From contig JBKHBH010000037.1 in the NCBI GenBank assembly GCA_046542505.1, positions 1-17,808 of the forward strand: DNA of 17,808 nt, read 5' to 3'. The stretch comes from Thermovirgaceae bacterium. Its GTDB lineage: Bacteria > Synergistota > Synergistia > Synergistales > Thermovirgaceae. The first letter of the stretch is position 1; the number at the start of each line of letters is the position of its first letter. The position numbers were made by a program, and so were the translations under genes. The notes beneath the pieces were generated by a model. That model was not told the DNA's origin. It saw only the letters and a list, made by a program, of their open reading frames with translations, and ran no database searches. This document shows, piece by piece, positions 17,061-17,808 of this stretch.

Positions 17061-17808
17061 GACGACCTACCCAGAAAACAAGGTCCTTCGACAAGGGGTT
17101 CCATGGCGGCGGAAAGCTCCCCGGGGTCCAGGGAGGCGAGGGTATCGACAAAGGCGTTCCTCCAGGAAGCGGGCCACGGGGCGGTACCTGCGCGCTCCGC
17201 GGCGAGGCTGAAGGCCAAAAGGGCCGTCACGGCGGCGGAAAACGGGTCAGCCACGGCCATGCAGGCCGCCATGACGCTTCCCAGGGCGCAACCGCTGGTC
17301 GGCACCTTCGGCAGCAGAGGTGACCCTCCGCGCACCTTCCATAAGGTGCCGTCATAAACGACCCTGTCCTCCTCCCCGGTGGAAAGGGCGACCTGTACCT
17401 TTTTTTCCTCCGTGATTCCGTTCATAGCCTTTTCAATTTCGCGGGCTCCGGAGCTTTCAACGCCTTTCATGAAGCCCGGAGTCCCGCCGAGGCGGGCCAT
17501 CTCGGCTTCGTTTCCCTTGACAGCGGTGATGCGGCCACTTGCAAGGAGCGAATCAACCCAGCCCGTCCGGAAACGGGTGAGACCGTACCCCACGGCGTCA
17601 AGCAGGCAGGGTTTTCCCTTCCGCAATCCGCCCAAAGCTTCAAGGAAGACCCTTTGTGAGGTTTCCACGGGCATTCCCGTGTTCAGGAGAAGAACGTCGG
17701 CTCCCCCTGCAATCACCCGGGCCTCCTCAGGATGAGAGGACATGACCGGCACGGCGCCCACGGCGGCGGTCACCTCCGCTTGAAATGACACGGCCACGAC
17801 GCTTGTCA
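17057..17808 (-). CDS. thiM: Hydroxyethylthiazole kinase ThiM (5' end outside window)
   Basis: Frame open to the window end (..TSVVAVSFQAE); GAVPVM..HPEEA, LLLNTG, LLDAVG, KGNEAE, STGEED, SGCALGS; ATGA overlap with thiE. Confidence 0.88.
   Translation of the reverse strand, partial: TSVVAVSFQAEVTAAVGAVPVMSSHPEEARVIAGGADVLLLNTGMPVETSQRVFLEALGGLRKGKPCLLDAVGYGLTRFRTGWVDSLLASGRITAVKGNEAEMARLGGTPGFMKGVESSGAREIEKAMNGITEEKKVQVALSTGEEDRVVYDGTLWKVRGGSPLLPKVPTSGCALGSVMAACMAVADPFSAAVTALLAFSLAAERAGTAPWPASWRNAFVDTLASLDPGELSAAMEPLVEGPCFLGRSS

Noticed and set aside
1..17808. CRISPR arrays, tRNA/rRNA, riboswitches, IS or integrase genes
   Set aside because: No regularly spaced repeats, cloverleaf, transposase or recombinase motifs seen; any TPP riboswitch would lie beyond the right edge.

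Overview
GC-rich bacterial chromosomal window, densely coding. Gene content suggests an anaerobic amino-acid fermenter, possibly Synergistota (inference only). It has four blocks. (1) 1-7742, minus strand: a probable catabolic operon of RpiR/MurR regulator, class-III PLP aminotransferase, TAXI-TRAP receptor, 4TM/12TM fused TRAP permease, 3-oxoacid CoA-transferase alpha and beta, and a divergent thiolase (cut by the window edge). It is driven by a TTGACA-17-TATTAT promoter overlapped by a perfect 28-bp palindrome. The gene set spells a beta-amino-acid uptake, transamination, CoA activation and thiolysis pathway of unknown substrate, the best candidate here for an undescribed system. (2) 8055-14706, plus strand and divergent: pstSCAB-phoU-phoB-phoR, with four 11-bp Pho-box repeats ending 10 bp before a TATACT -10. 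(3) 14815-16139, minus strand: a Cys-rich MarR regulator coupled to arsM (arsenite methyltransferase), with an overlapping TGCAAC palindrome array upstream and no ArsR or efflux gene in the window. (4) 16419-17808, minus strand: thiM (partial) and thiE. No RNA genes, CRISPR arrays or mobile elements were seen.
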